Below, one piece after another: positions 1-10,618 of a stretch of 64,000 bases of DNA. This DNA comes from Eledone cirrhosa (taxonomy: Eukaryota): positions 219,480,001-219,544,000 of the forward strand of contig OZ024742.1 of NCBI GenBank assembly GCA_964016885.1, given 5' to 3'. Under the pieces are notes generated by a model, which saw only the letters and a program-made list of their open reading frames with translations, had not been told where the DNA came from and searched no databases. Numbering within the stretch: position 1 is the first letter of the stretch; every line of letters begins with the position of its first letter. The position numbers and the translations under genes were made by a program.

Positions 1-80
1 TTCAGCGTGTCCCCCACATCATCCTCGGGGCAACATCTCCATCCTGTTGGCTGAGAACCCGAGGTGGACTGACCCCTAAG
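1..80 (+). mobile_element. 3' remnant of a CRE/REL-endonuclease non-LTR element
   Basis: ttcagcgtgtc...catcatcctcggggcaac resembles the FQRVS..IIRGN-coding segment at 32500-32545. Confidence 0.4.
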
Positions 81-974
81 TTTCATTTATGGTGGTGGCA
101 TGTGGAATAGATTTATTTCCAGAAGCATGAGTAAGTTTAAGATAGGATACTACCCTTTTAAACATTTTTTTTTTTTACTATTTGATTAAATATTTAGTCA
201 TATTCTTATTTCTGCCAGATCCCAATACAACAGGATCTAGAAAACAGGTTATGGTTATACGTCAGACCAACCCGACAGAGGGAAGATAAAAACAGATGTT
301 AAAATAACAGTGATGATTGTTTTCCAAATTAATTGTAAATCTAATATAAATTATCAAGCTGTACGACTTTAATTATACCTTTATCAAACAAAAGTCTGAT
401 ATTTGCTTTAATTGTTTAGCCTAAAAATGTTGACATTTGAAAATTGAAAGAAAAAAGAATGCAACCATTCGATTCAAAGATCATATAAATAAATGTTATG
501 GCTCTAACCTGTGTCAAATTAGGTGACTGTGATGAGCTCACATCAGACATTCTGGGTGTTTTAATGATAAGGGTCCCAATCTTATGTCATCATATTCCTG
601 ATAAAATGAGACAACAGCCAGATTTAAACTCAGGCTGCAAGGGTGGGAATAGATACTGCAAAGCATTACATCCAGCACTAACAATTCTGCCAATTCACCT
701 CCCAAGATTAGTACTTCATTGACCCAGATTATATGACAGAGCTATAGAGACTGCAAAATGTTGGAACAAATCTATTAATATTTAATAAACATTACAAAAA
801 CGAGTTATAAGACAATGAAGTAGAAACCAATTTACTGCCTTTATATGAATAAACTTCATTAAAATTACATTTTATGATATAGGCATCAATTTGAGACAAA
901 AAGACCAAGGCCTACTGATGGGGCTCAAACTACATAATTTTATGTCAGCTGGCCACATCTCTTGTCTCAGAGAC

Positions 975-1160
975 AACAGATGGACTATTAGAGTGACAAA
1001 GTGAACACCAAGTCAGTGGGAAAGAACCAGAGGGCAGTCAAAGGCAAGATGGCACAACAATCTAATCCAATACCTTGGCCCCACATAGCCCAATAATGGC
1101 CAGAGACAGCAAGCAGTGGAGGTCAATCAGGGAGGGGTTTTTCCAACATGAGTGAGAAGG
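975..1160 (+). mobile_element. Decayed 3' end of RTE-type LINE
   Basis: Translates to DNRWTIRVT...RGQSKARW...ARDSKQWR, a typical RTE C-terminus, with stops. Confidence 0.45.
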
Positions 1161-2659
1161 CCCTGGATTTTGGATTAGTTAACCACATTACAGATAACAC
1201 ATCTCTAATTAGATACTATAATTAGTTTCTGATATTTTAACAGTACTATTTTGTTTCTCCATTCTCTCTCAAATACCTATTTCATTTGTTTATTCTCTCT
1301 CAAATTGTTGTTTTCCAATACCATTTAATTCCAACATATTTTATTACTTATGCTTGTGCCAGTTGAATAAACTGGAAACCCCTGCCTGGTTCAGTATTTA
1401 TTAGTAGTCAAACAGAACTACAAGCAAGCAGTAATTAGTAGAACTGTCTTAAACTAATTAGTTTCATTCTTCAGCAGTCAAAGAGAAAATCATGTAATCT
1501 TTAACATTGATGACTATAAAAATAATTACTAAAGTCTTAATCTCTCCTGTATAAAATATTGAATAATTAATTAAGAAGGTTATTTAACATACATGAAAGA
1601 TTCATTTGAATCTTTAATTTTTTTAATTATTCAAACCAATAGATAAACATTTTTTTAATTAAAATTATCAATACCTTTAATACTGAAATTATTATTAAAC
1701 ACATTAGCATTTCATTAAACCAATGTTGATAGAAATAATCCAGTAAATATTTTTTTTAATACATTACTGAAGTTAATTATTGAATGGTGTCATATGCATG
1801 AAAAATAAGTCATAGTTAACATTAAAATACATGTTTATTGTATTAAGTATGTTAATTCTAACTTAAGAAAATATTTAGATTGATCAGAGGAGCTGGAAAA
1901 CTGTAGAAAACAATTGTATACTGTCTGTATTATTTAGTCCCATCTAATGCAGCCGCAATCTATACAACTGACTAAAATAACAAGCAACTTTACAGGAGAA
2001 AGTAGCTGTTAGTTCCAGTTGCAAATTCAGCAGATAGTTTCTCAAACTAATAAAGAAAAAAATAATTTCATTCGTATTTCCATTTATTCTTATGAATAGA
2101 AGAGAAACAGTACAGTTATCCATTCACAAATATGTTTTCTCTTCCCCTTCTGATATAGATTAAACAGATTTGCAAACACACCATTTTAACTTACCTACAT
2201 ACTTCCTCTACACAATATTGCATTATATATGGAGTGCCAATATACTCTATATAATAAAGAAGTAGATGATGCACAACCTCCACCTATAAAAAGTAATGCT
2301 GCTAAGACTGTTTGATCTTATATCAGTTTCCGACAATGAGTATACAAGCTGTTTGATCAAGAGAACTACCTATTCATTGTAGTATAGTATAAGTGATTGA
2401 GTATTCCACAGGCACATGCACAATTAATATATTCATGAAGCTGACAGTGTGATAAGAATGGCCCTTTAATACTAAACATCCTGAGCAGAAAATATCTCAA
2501 ATCAGGCTTGTTAACCCTTTACAATTTAAATCGGCCATATCCGGCCAGAATTCTCTCACCCCTTTCTGTTCAAACCGGCCATAACCAGCTGCTCATACTT
2601 ATGTTAAGGTATTGTTCTCAAAATGAATAATATCAAAATCTCGTAGATTCAATATTATT

Positions 2660-2762
2660 ATTTCTACATTTGGCACAAGGCCAGCAATTATTCCAGTGTA
2701 TTACTGGTACTTTATTTTATCGACCCCGTAAGGATGAAAGGCAAAGTTAACCTTGTAGATTC
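2660..2762 (-). mobile_element. SINE family 1 fragment
   Basis: ggcacaaggccagcaatt...ctggtactttattttatcgaccccgtaaggatgaaaggcaaagtt recurs more than 8 times in the window. Confidence 0.75.
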
Positions 2763-3929
2763 AATATCATGTGAGATAATTATGTCAGATAAAGCCTTTA
2801 CTGCGAAAATACAATAGTATATATACAGTAATGCAAATGCTAAAGGGTTAATATTCAAATTTTTATAGTATCTTGAACAGATTTTTGTGAAAATTTGCAG
2901 TAATATTGTAAACATTCATTTTTAATGATATGCAATCATTGTGCTGTTTTGTACTTTTAATGTAGTACGGAGCATTAAGAGTTAATTGCAGATAGTTCAT
3001 CCAATGAGCTTCTACAGTTGTCCCTTGCAAAAGCTTGGCTTGACTAAAGGCTACAATAGAAGCCATGCTGTATAGTAAAATAAAACTAAAGATGTCATGA
3101 ATATGAAGTAAACTTCATAACCATACTGTCATTACTATACTCATTAAGACTCACATAGGAGTCTAGTTTTTTCTCTCATCTGAGAAGCAATACAGATGAA
3201 ATTCCTAAACACTACTCTTGTTTTGGATTATAGGAAATTATTATAAACAATTACTCCATTCAAGCGATCAAAATATCTTGGATGGAAAAATTCCAACTAA
3301 AAGATTGAGTTACAATTTTTATAGTCTTATTTCAACTGCAATAATTGACCCAATTCGAAAGAAAAAGCAGAAAGTAGACCAATTTAACCATCTCTGATGA
3401 GAAGCTGAAGAAACTAATTGATTCAAGCCAGAATTACTAGAACTATTCCCCTCTATCAGAAATAAAGAGGATCAATAAAGATAGGATGTATTTCACTATT
3501 TTAATTACTAGAAAGAAAACGAGAGCAATAGTACACACGCATGCATGCATGTGCACACATTGCAGTTAGATCCCCAATATGTTATCCATATTGATTATAG
3601 ATATTGTTCCTTTTAAGAGAGAAGGCTGATATTCAGTTTATTACTTTGTATTGTGAGAAAACAAACACATATATAGATCATTTCTGATATAACAAATAGC
3701 GGGTGAGATCAACATTATATATGGTGAAGTACACAAGTGTGTGTATATAGACACACACACACACACACAGAAACACATGCCCCCAGCAATAATCTTCCTT
3801 ACATCTGCATAGGATTTTTGAGGCAGTGTGTTCTGGCCAGATACTCTTATTGAGACAAACCTTTTTACTTACCTCATACAGATATAGTGTACCTACTCAA
3901 AAACTGAGATATATATATATATATATATA

Positions 3930-4197
3930 TCATCATCATTCATCATCATTTCATTTTACGTCCACTTTTCCCTGCTTGCAAGGGTGGGACGGGAACTGAT
4001 TCTGGCTTGATTTCTACAGCTGGATGCCCTTCCTAACACCAACCTCATTTACAGTGAGTGCTGGGTGCTTTTTTTTGCCGTGGCACCTCCACGACCACTT
4101 TGCAGTGGAATGATAGTGACCTCAGTCCCTATCATCTCATTTCTACAGCTGAGTAAACTGGAGCAATGTGAAATAAAGTGCCTTGCTCAAGGAAACA
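3930..4197 (-). mobile_element. 5'-truncated SINE with RTE-derived 3' tail
   Basis: Near-identical to 41613-41830; (CAT)n tail; flanked by (TA)n. Confidence 0.7.
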
Positions 4198-4256
4198 TAT
4201 ATATATATATATATATAATTAAGAGTATTGGAAAGAAATCACAGTTAAATAAGAGA

Positions 4257-4306
4257 CACTCCTGATAATTTCGAATGAATGAAACATTTCTAGTCCTGAA
4301 GAAGTC
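4257..4306 (+). ncRNA. Decayed hammerhead (relative of 46789-46839), core CUGAUAA, probably inactive
   Basis: ctgataa-tttcgaatgaat-gaaa-catttctagtcctg aligns with ctgatga-tttctaaagaat-gaaa-cagttctagtcctg. Confidence 0.5.
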
Positions 4307-4328
4307 ATATATATATATATATATATAC

Positions 4329-6875
4329 ACATCATCATCATCATCGTTTAACATCCATCTTCCACACTTGCATGGGTTTGGACAGGAGTTTTCCCACTTG
4401 AGGCAAGATTTGTTGTCCTGCTCGTATAGGACTGTCTGGCGGGTTTTCTACGGCTGGATGCCCTTCCTAACACCAACCACATTTACAGTGTGGACTGGGA
4501 GGTTTTTAACCGTGTTACCTACACGGCCACATTACAGCGTGGACTGTGTGTTTTTTTTGTCGTGACACCTACACGACCTCATTTGTTTCGGACTGGATGT
4601 TGTGGCACCAACATAACTTTACATTGAAAGGGGTTGGTGTGGATGGGGTGGGGGTAGTGGGACGGCGGTGTATTTTGTTAGAGGTGCCTACTGATTGTAG
4701 TAGGTTTCACTTTGTACTTAGGTAAGGCGGATCTTCTGTATTACTGTGTAGCGCCAAAGATCTCGGTCCAGTGACATTGTCTTGGAGAGGTGTAAGTGTG
4801 TGAGGTCGGAATTTATCAAGTCGTCCCAGGTTTTTCTCGGTCTGCCTACTCCGTGGCTACTGTCTATTTTTATTGCCCTGCACTTTTTTATACAGCTGTC
4901 GTCTTTCATGCGCACCACGTGACCATACCAACGTAATCTTCTCTCGAGTAAACAACATCTGATCCCTCTTATTTCTAATTTTTCCCTTAGTTCGTTTATG
5001 CTTTGCCGTTCACGTATATTACTATTACACATCCAGCAGAGCAAGCAAGCTTCGTTCCTCTCCAGTCTGCGTATATCCTCTGCACACAATGCCCAGGTCT
5101 CACTGCCATGTAACATTGCTGTTCGTATGCAGGCATCATACAGCCTGCCTTTCATTTTTAGAGAGAACCCTTTAGTGGCTAATAGTGGTATAAGCTCTCT
5201 GAACTTTTTCCATCCAGTTCTGACTCTAGCTACTGTACTTTCAGAGCACCCTCCACCACTGCTGATTTTGTCACCCAAGTAACGGAAGGTGTTCACTATT
5301 TCTATAGAACCATGTATGCAATGGAATGAGCTAGTATTCTGTGGGCACTTGCTGCTACTTATTGCACCAGAGCACCGGCCACATATAAAATCTATGTTCT
5401 TAGTTAGCTTACCTGTGATCCCACTACATCTTTTATGCACCCATACTTTGCATTTGGGACATAAAATGGAGTTTCTACCTACTCCTTTCCTACACACTGA
5501 GCATGGCCATTTCCCGAATGGGACCGGTGCTCTATTTTCCTTCCTACAAACTAGAACTTTAGTCTTAGACAGGTTAATTTTAAGACCTTTTGATTCTAGG
5601 CCATGCTTCCATGTTTGGAATTTCTTCTCTAGTTCGGCCATTGATTCAGCTATGAGCGTTAGATCATCTGCGTATAGGAGTTCCCATGGGCAGCCGGTCT
5701 TGAACTCCACTGTTATAGCCTGAAGGGCAATAATAAATAGTAGGGGGCTAAGAACGGAGCCCTGATGAACACCAACTTTTACGCTAAACTCTTCACTATA
5801 TTCGTTGTTAATTCTCACCTTGCTGACTGTTTCTTTATACATGGCTTGTATAGCTCTCACAAGCCATTCATCAACACCTAGTTTTCTAAGAGCCCACCAG
5901 ATAATGGAGCAGGGGACTCTGTCAAAGGCTTTCTCCAAGTCAACAAAAGCTAAGTATAGGGGTTTACTTTTAGCTAGGTACTTCTGTAGTTGTTGTACAA
6001 TAAAAAGAGCATCTGTGGTACTTTTACCTGACACAAACCCGAACTGCATTTCATCTAGATCAATTCTCTCTGATTAGTTGCGCTATTACTTTTTCTGTGA
6101 CCTTCATGACCTGGTCGATTAATTTAATGCCTCTATAGTTACTCCTATCTAGGGCATCTCCTTTACCCTTGTAGCAGTTAATGATGATGCTGCTACGCCA
6201 GTCCTTCGGAACAACCCCATTCTGTATGACTTGGTTTACTATCCGGGTGACCATGGTGTGTCCCACCGTTCCAGAAGCTTTCAGCATTTCAGCAACCATT
6301 TCCGAAGGCCCAGCCGCCTTACCCGTCTTCATATCTTTGATTGCCTTACTTATTATACTACCTTCAACTAACACTGCTGGTCCCTCTATTGGATCGGTGT
6401 GGGGGAGACTGTCTTTCTCCCATTTATTCTCCTCATTTAGTAGCCTTTCGTAGTGACACTTCCAAGCTACCTTCTTATCAGCGTCAGTGATGGCAAGTAC
6501 ACCATCATCATTAAGCACACACTTCTCCCCGACAATATCACGGTTTTCCTTGACACATTGCCTAGCAATCCTGAACACCTCACGTTTTTGGTCCTCACGT
6601 TGTAGAACATGCTTGAACTTTCTTTCCTCTGCTTCCCTTCTTGCGAAGTACACTTGACTCCTAGCTTCCTCCTGGCCACTTGATAGTCTTCTCTACTTCC
6701 CCCATCTCGCCATACTTTCCAAGCCTGCTTTTTGGCCTTAATTGACTCCTCCACCTTATTGTTCCACCACCACGTTACACTCCTCCTGCCTATAGGCCTG
6801 CTCCAGCCACAGACTTCGTCTGCCGCCATCAGCAGGTTTGCTTTCAGGAATTCCCACTGTTCCTCTATATTGTAC
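4329..6875 (-). mobile_element. RTE-clade LINE, 5'-truncated, frameshifted
   Basis: ORF pieces 6467-6877, 6060-6653, 4718-6049 with RT motifs QFGF, FVDLEKAFDRV, GVHQGSVLSPLLF, LYADD; (GAT)n 3' tail; (TA)n on both sides. Confidence 0.95.
4718..6049 (-). pseudogene. RTE reverse transcriptase fragment (443 aa) with PHD-like Cys/His insert
   Basis: YADD RT core; CSVC..CPKC..HKRC..CGRC. Confidence 0.9.
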
Positions 6876-6920
6876 ATATATATATATATAGTTATGTAAT
6901 AAACAACATAAGATAATTAT

Positions 6921-6978
6921 TTCATTTACCAGTGGTTTCTTGAAAGCAAACAAATCTGCTTTCTGTCATCAGAATGAA
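6921..6978 (-). ncRNA. Type I hammerhead ribozyme (family A)
   Basis: Minus strand: ttcatt CTGATGA ca gaaagcaga tttg tttgctttc aa GAAA ccactgg TA aatgaa; helix I 6 bp, helix II 9 bp. Confidence 0.8.
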
Positions 6979-7060
6979 AAAAATCCTGGTGTATTTATTG
7001 AATGTGGATTTGAAAACAAAAATATAAGAAATATCAATTCAATAAATACACCAAGATTTT

Positions 7061-7113
7061 TTCATTCTGATGACAAAGATTTGTTTGCTTTCAAGAAACC
7101 ACTGGTAAATGAA
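7061..7113 (+). ncRNA. Type I hammerhead (family A), helix II partly deleted
   Basis: ttcatt CTGATGA caaagatttgtttgctttcaa GAAA ccactgg TA aatgaa. Confidence 0.7.
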
Positions 7114-7257
7114 ATAATTATCTTATGTTGTTTATTACATAACTATTAAGCTCTGTAACCTACATAGAGCACTCTTTTTTCCTGGACCTTTCCGACGGAA
7201 TTACTTCATTCACACACACATATATATATATATATATTTATTAAAATAACAGATTAA

Positions 7258-7308
7258 AGTTTAAGCAAAGAATCTCTGCTTTCACCCTTAACGGGATCTT
7301 CTGAAACT
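7258..7308 (-). ncRNA. Variant hammerhead (family B), core CAGAAGA
   Basis: Exact reverse complement of 7626-7676. Confidence 0.6.
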
Positions 7309-7625
7309 TTTAAAAAAAAAAAATAAAAAAAAAAAAAAAAAAATCAATCTGTGAATGCAGAAATAAATATTTCAAAAACGTTGCAACAGGAAGATGATAC
7401 TTTGGTTCGTGCAAACGTTCCCTGGCAAAGAACGGATAAAGACAAAGATAATATGTCATAATTTGGAGCGGTGAAAACAATTACATGCAAAGACAAAACC
7501 ACATTTATGGTATAAATGAAGTCGTAGACTAATATTCTATTAAGTGGTCGTGTAGACGTTCTGTGGCAATGAACGGAAAAAAAACGAAGATAATACGTCA
7601 TCTGCGTCCACAGATTGACTTTTTT

Positions 7626-7676
7626 AGTTTCAGAAGATCCCGTTAAGGGTGAAAGCAGAGATTCTTTGCTTAAACT
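7626..7676 (+). ncRNA. Variant hammerhead (family B), core CAGAAGA
   Basis: agttt CAGAAGA t ccc gttaa ggg t GAAA gcagag att ctttgc TT aaact; all three helices pair. Confidence 0.6.
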
Positions 7677-9759
7677 TTAATCTGTTATTTTAATAAATAT
7701 TTGCTCTACGGTTCTTATATATTTGAAATATATCGAGCCCTCTTTGGATTTTAGTCTACAAATTTATTATTATTACTATATATATACTGAACACACAAGC
7801 CGAATCTCTCTCTCGCTCTCTCTATCTCTCTCTCTATATATATATATATCACATGCTCACACACATATATATATATAATGTTGGTATAGCTCCATAACCC
7901 CTGATGGAGTCATAAGGGCACCATATTGACATACACCATTTTAAACTTGGTGGAGCCCATCCCTCTCCAGGCCTGAGTACAGCAGATTTCTTGCAGAGAA
8001 GGATAGAAAGTAAGAGAATAAATGAGAAAGAGATAATAGAGGAAGAATTTACTAGACTGGCATTTCTTTTATTGACCTCAAAAGGGTGAAAGGCAAAGTT
8101 GACCTCAGCAACATTTGAACTCAAAGAGCAAATAACTGAAACAAATACCGCAAAGCATTTTATTTGACATCCTAACGACCACCAATTCACCATATATATA
8201 TATATATATATATATGGTACATGAATTTATTTAGCACACTAACATTATTGAACCAAATCTAAATATTTGCAGACAATGCATTAAGCTATGTGGTTGAAAT
8301 GATAGTATCGACAAATTCAAATGCACACAGAACTTACAGAGTTGGTCACAGAAATTGACCGGCATGTTCAGGCTCCAAAAAAAGAAGTATCCTATCTAAT
8401 TCTAGATTCTTTACAAAATTTTTTTTAATCATTGGCAATGTCATTCATAAGATATACACTAACAAAAAGATTAATTTGGACAATTTTATTTCTCCCTCTC
8501 TCTCACACTTTATCAAATGGTCCTCAAATTAGCCTAGCTAGTCAGTAACCAAATAAGAACTCACTTGTTAAGTGCAACCCCTCCATCCCATGGCACCATG
8601 GAATGGCAGATATAAAATGGCGATGACATGACTAGAGCTGACAAAAGTAAAGATGTGGGATGAACACTACTACATAAATCTATCCTACTAATACGAACAT
8701 GGAGAAATCAGGCAGTAATTACACTAAACATTCATGCAATTTTTCTCAAAAAAAATGAATATTCATAATTCAACTCAGCTGTCATTTATAATCAAGAATG
8801 ACTTGCTAGCAGCATACATCATGTCTTTGCTTTTTGGTTTAGTTGCCCATATAATCACAAAGAAACATAGATACCTTCTCAGCACTCAAATTCTTCACCT
8901 ACCAAAAACTCAAGGTGTGACAGCTGAAAGGAGAAATTGCTACATTCTACCCTGCACTTCATTTTATCAGCCTGTAAAAAGAAAAGGCCAAACCCGACAT
9001 TGTTGAGTAGGATTCAACCTCAATCTAAAGAGGCAGAGGACAAATATGGCAACTTATTTTGTCCCACATTAACAATCCTGCTAATCTACCACCATTGACT
9101 GATACATTATCAATGAGGTTGAAAGACAAATATAACATATGACCTTGGCAGGATTTGAATTTAGCCAGGCAGTTTTGTTTGACTTTTTAATGATTCAGCC
9201 TATTCCTCATCTGTATTCATAGAGTTGTCATTTAAGAATTATTTACTTCACAAAAATTAGAGCATTTAACCTATTTTCAGGTGCCAAGATTGATACTAAA
9301 CTGCCTGGAACCACCCTTGCTTATACAATACAAAATTGCTTCTTTTAAAGTGTTTATACTTATCTAAAAATCTTCATTATTATAAGAACCTTTGTTATGT
9401 TCCAAACACCAAAATCAAAGGCCATGTCTTTCATAAGAAATATTCTAATGAAAGAGTTAATCCATTTTGAGGATAAAATCGACTAAAAGATTCACAACCT
9501 GATCTATTTGAACTATAAACACCTAATTATAAATGTTGAATTTAGCTCAGTCTTTCTCCTCTACTTCCAATTAGATGTACAAAGCGATTAAAACATCTGA
9601 AGCTTCTGCTGTTTTCTCACTCACATATTTCATATAAGGTGTTAACATCTCATTTGCAGGAATTTCAAATCTCATCTGGTTCTATAGATTTTCCTGCTTT
9701 TAACTGCCTTTAGTTTTAGGAAGTAAAAGCTGCAGAATGTTTCATGAAAAACAAGCTAT

Positions 9760-10055
9760 TCCAATCAAATCCAGGTCCTTTTCATGCACGCTTGTTGGGG
9801 GAACCCCTCCCTGGTTGGCCTCTACCACTTTCTATTTGGTTTTGGTCATGCCAGGTGTGTATAGCTGTACTCATCATGCTTGGCCAATTGTAGGTTGGCA
9901 AGGCTATTTAACCTATAGTTCAGGTGGATGGCCATTCATCCACCCTTTTAACAACTTTTGGGACTCTACTTACTAATTTAGTCGCTGACCTCTCAACCAT
10001 GAAGCAGGTTGAACTGGGCTACATGGTACAAGTTGCAGGCAGAAGCCTGACCTGA
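9760..10055 (-). mobile_element. Interspersed repeat, probable LINE 5'UTR-derived; related to 28390-28700, 35331-35620, 36710-36960
   Basis: Shared ttagtcgc..ac..accatg...gttgtactgg...ccagtagc...tgacct block. Confidence 0.55.
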
Positions 10056-10618
10056 CACTACCATTAGGTGAATATATTTAGATGTTCATATTACAAGAGA
10101 AACACAAAATGTTTTTCTCTTTATAATATATTAATAGCTTAAAAACATAATAGAAGAATAGCATAGTGTATATTTTCAATAAATGCTTTATGTAACTAGA
10201 TATTTCTCACCAGTATATGTACAAATACAACCCATTTTCAATCTAAGAAAATAGTCATTCATTGGCTTAATATAAAGATAACTTTGTTCTCATACAGTAT
10301 TTTTCCCAAGATATTAAAACTATCAGTATGAGTTAGGCCATGTAATAGATGTTTTGAAGTAAAATATATATTCAAAGCAGAACTAGTACAGGATTATATA
10401 TGGCTTTTATAAAACAGTTTATTTATACCATAAGATAGTTGTTTCATTGCAGTATAATTATGTCCACAGTTTCTATTTGTGAAAATATATTTAACATATT
10501 TACATGTCTCTAGCTACACTTATGATTCCTTGTCATATTCCTGTGGACTTAATAAAATATGGAATTAGTGACGTAGTGAGGCTGATTAGACTCCTGCTCA
10601 AAAATGTGTCATCGTCAG

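Larger units (their letters stand above)
6888..7146. repeat. Inverted-repeat element (arms ~6888-7003 / 7038-7146) carrying two opposed hammerheads
   Basis: Arms are reverse complements, apart from a small deletion in the right arm. Confidence 0.9.
7234..7700. repeat. Inverted-repeat element (arms ~7234-7362 / 7601-7700) with variant hammerheads
   Basis: Reverse-complement arms; begins at (TA)n. Confidence 0.85.

Noticed and set aside
1443-1478. Minus-strand actg CTGAAGA at GAAA ctaattag TT hammerhead-like string
   Set aside because: No helix II (2 nt only) and helix I is displaced by 5 nt; at best a decayed remnant
3394-3425. ctgatga...gaaa ctaattga
   Set aside because: No pairable helix I or II
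4998-6453. Plus-strand ORFs overlapping the RTE (and equivalents at 12.6-13.2, 15.9-16.9 and 49.9-50.3 kb)
   Set aside because: Antisense shadows of the RT coding frame
8565-8637. Minus-strand AG...GTGAG bounded possible exon
   Set aside because: No recognisable protein similarity; such sites are common by chance
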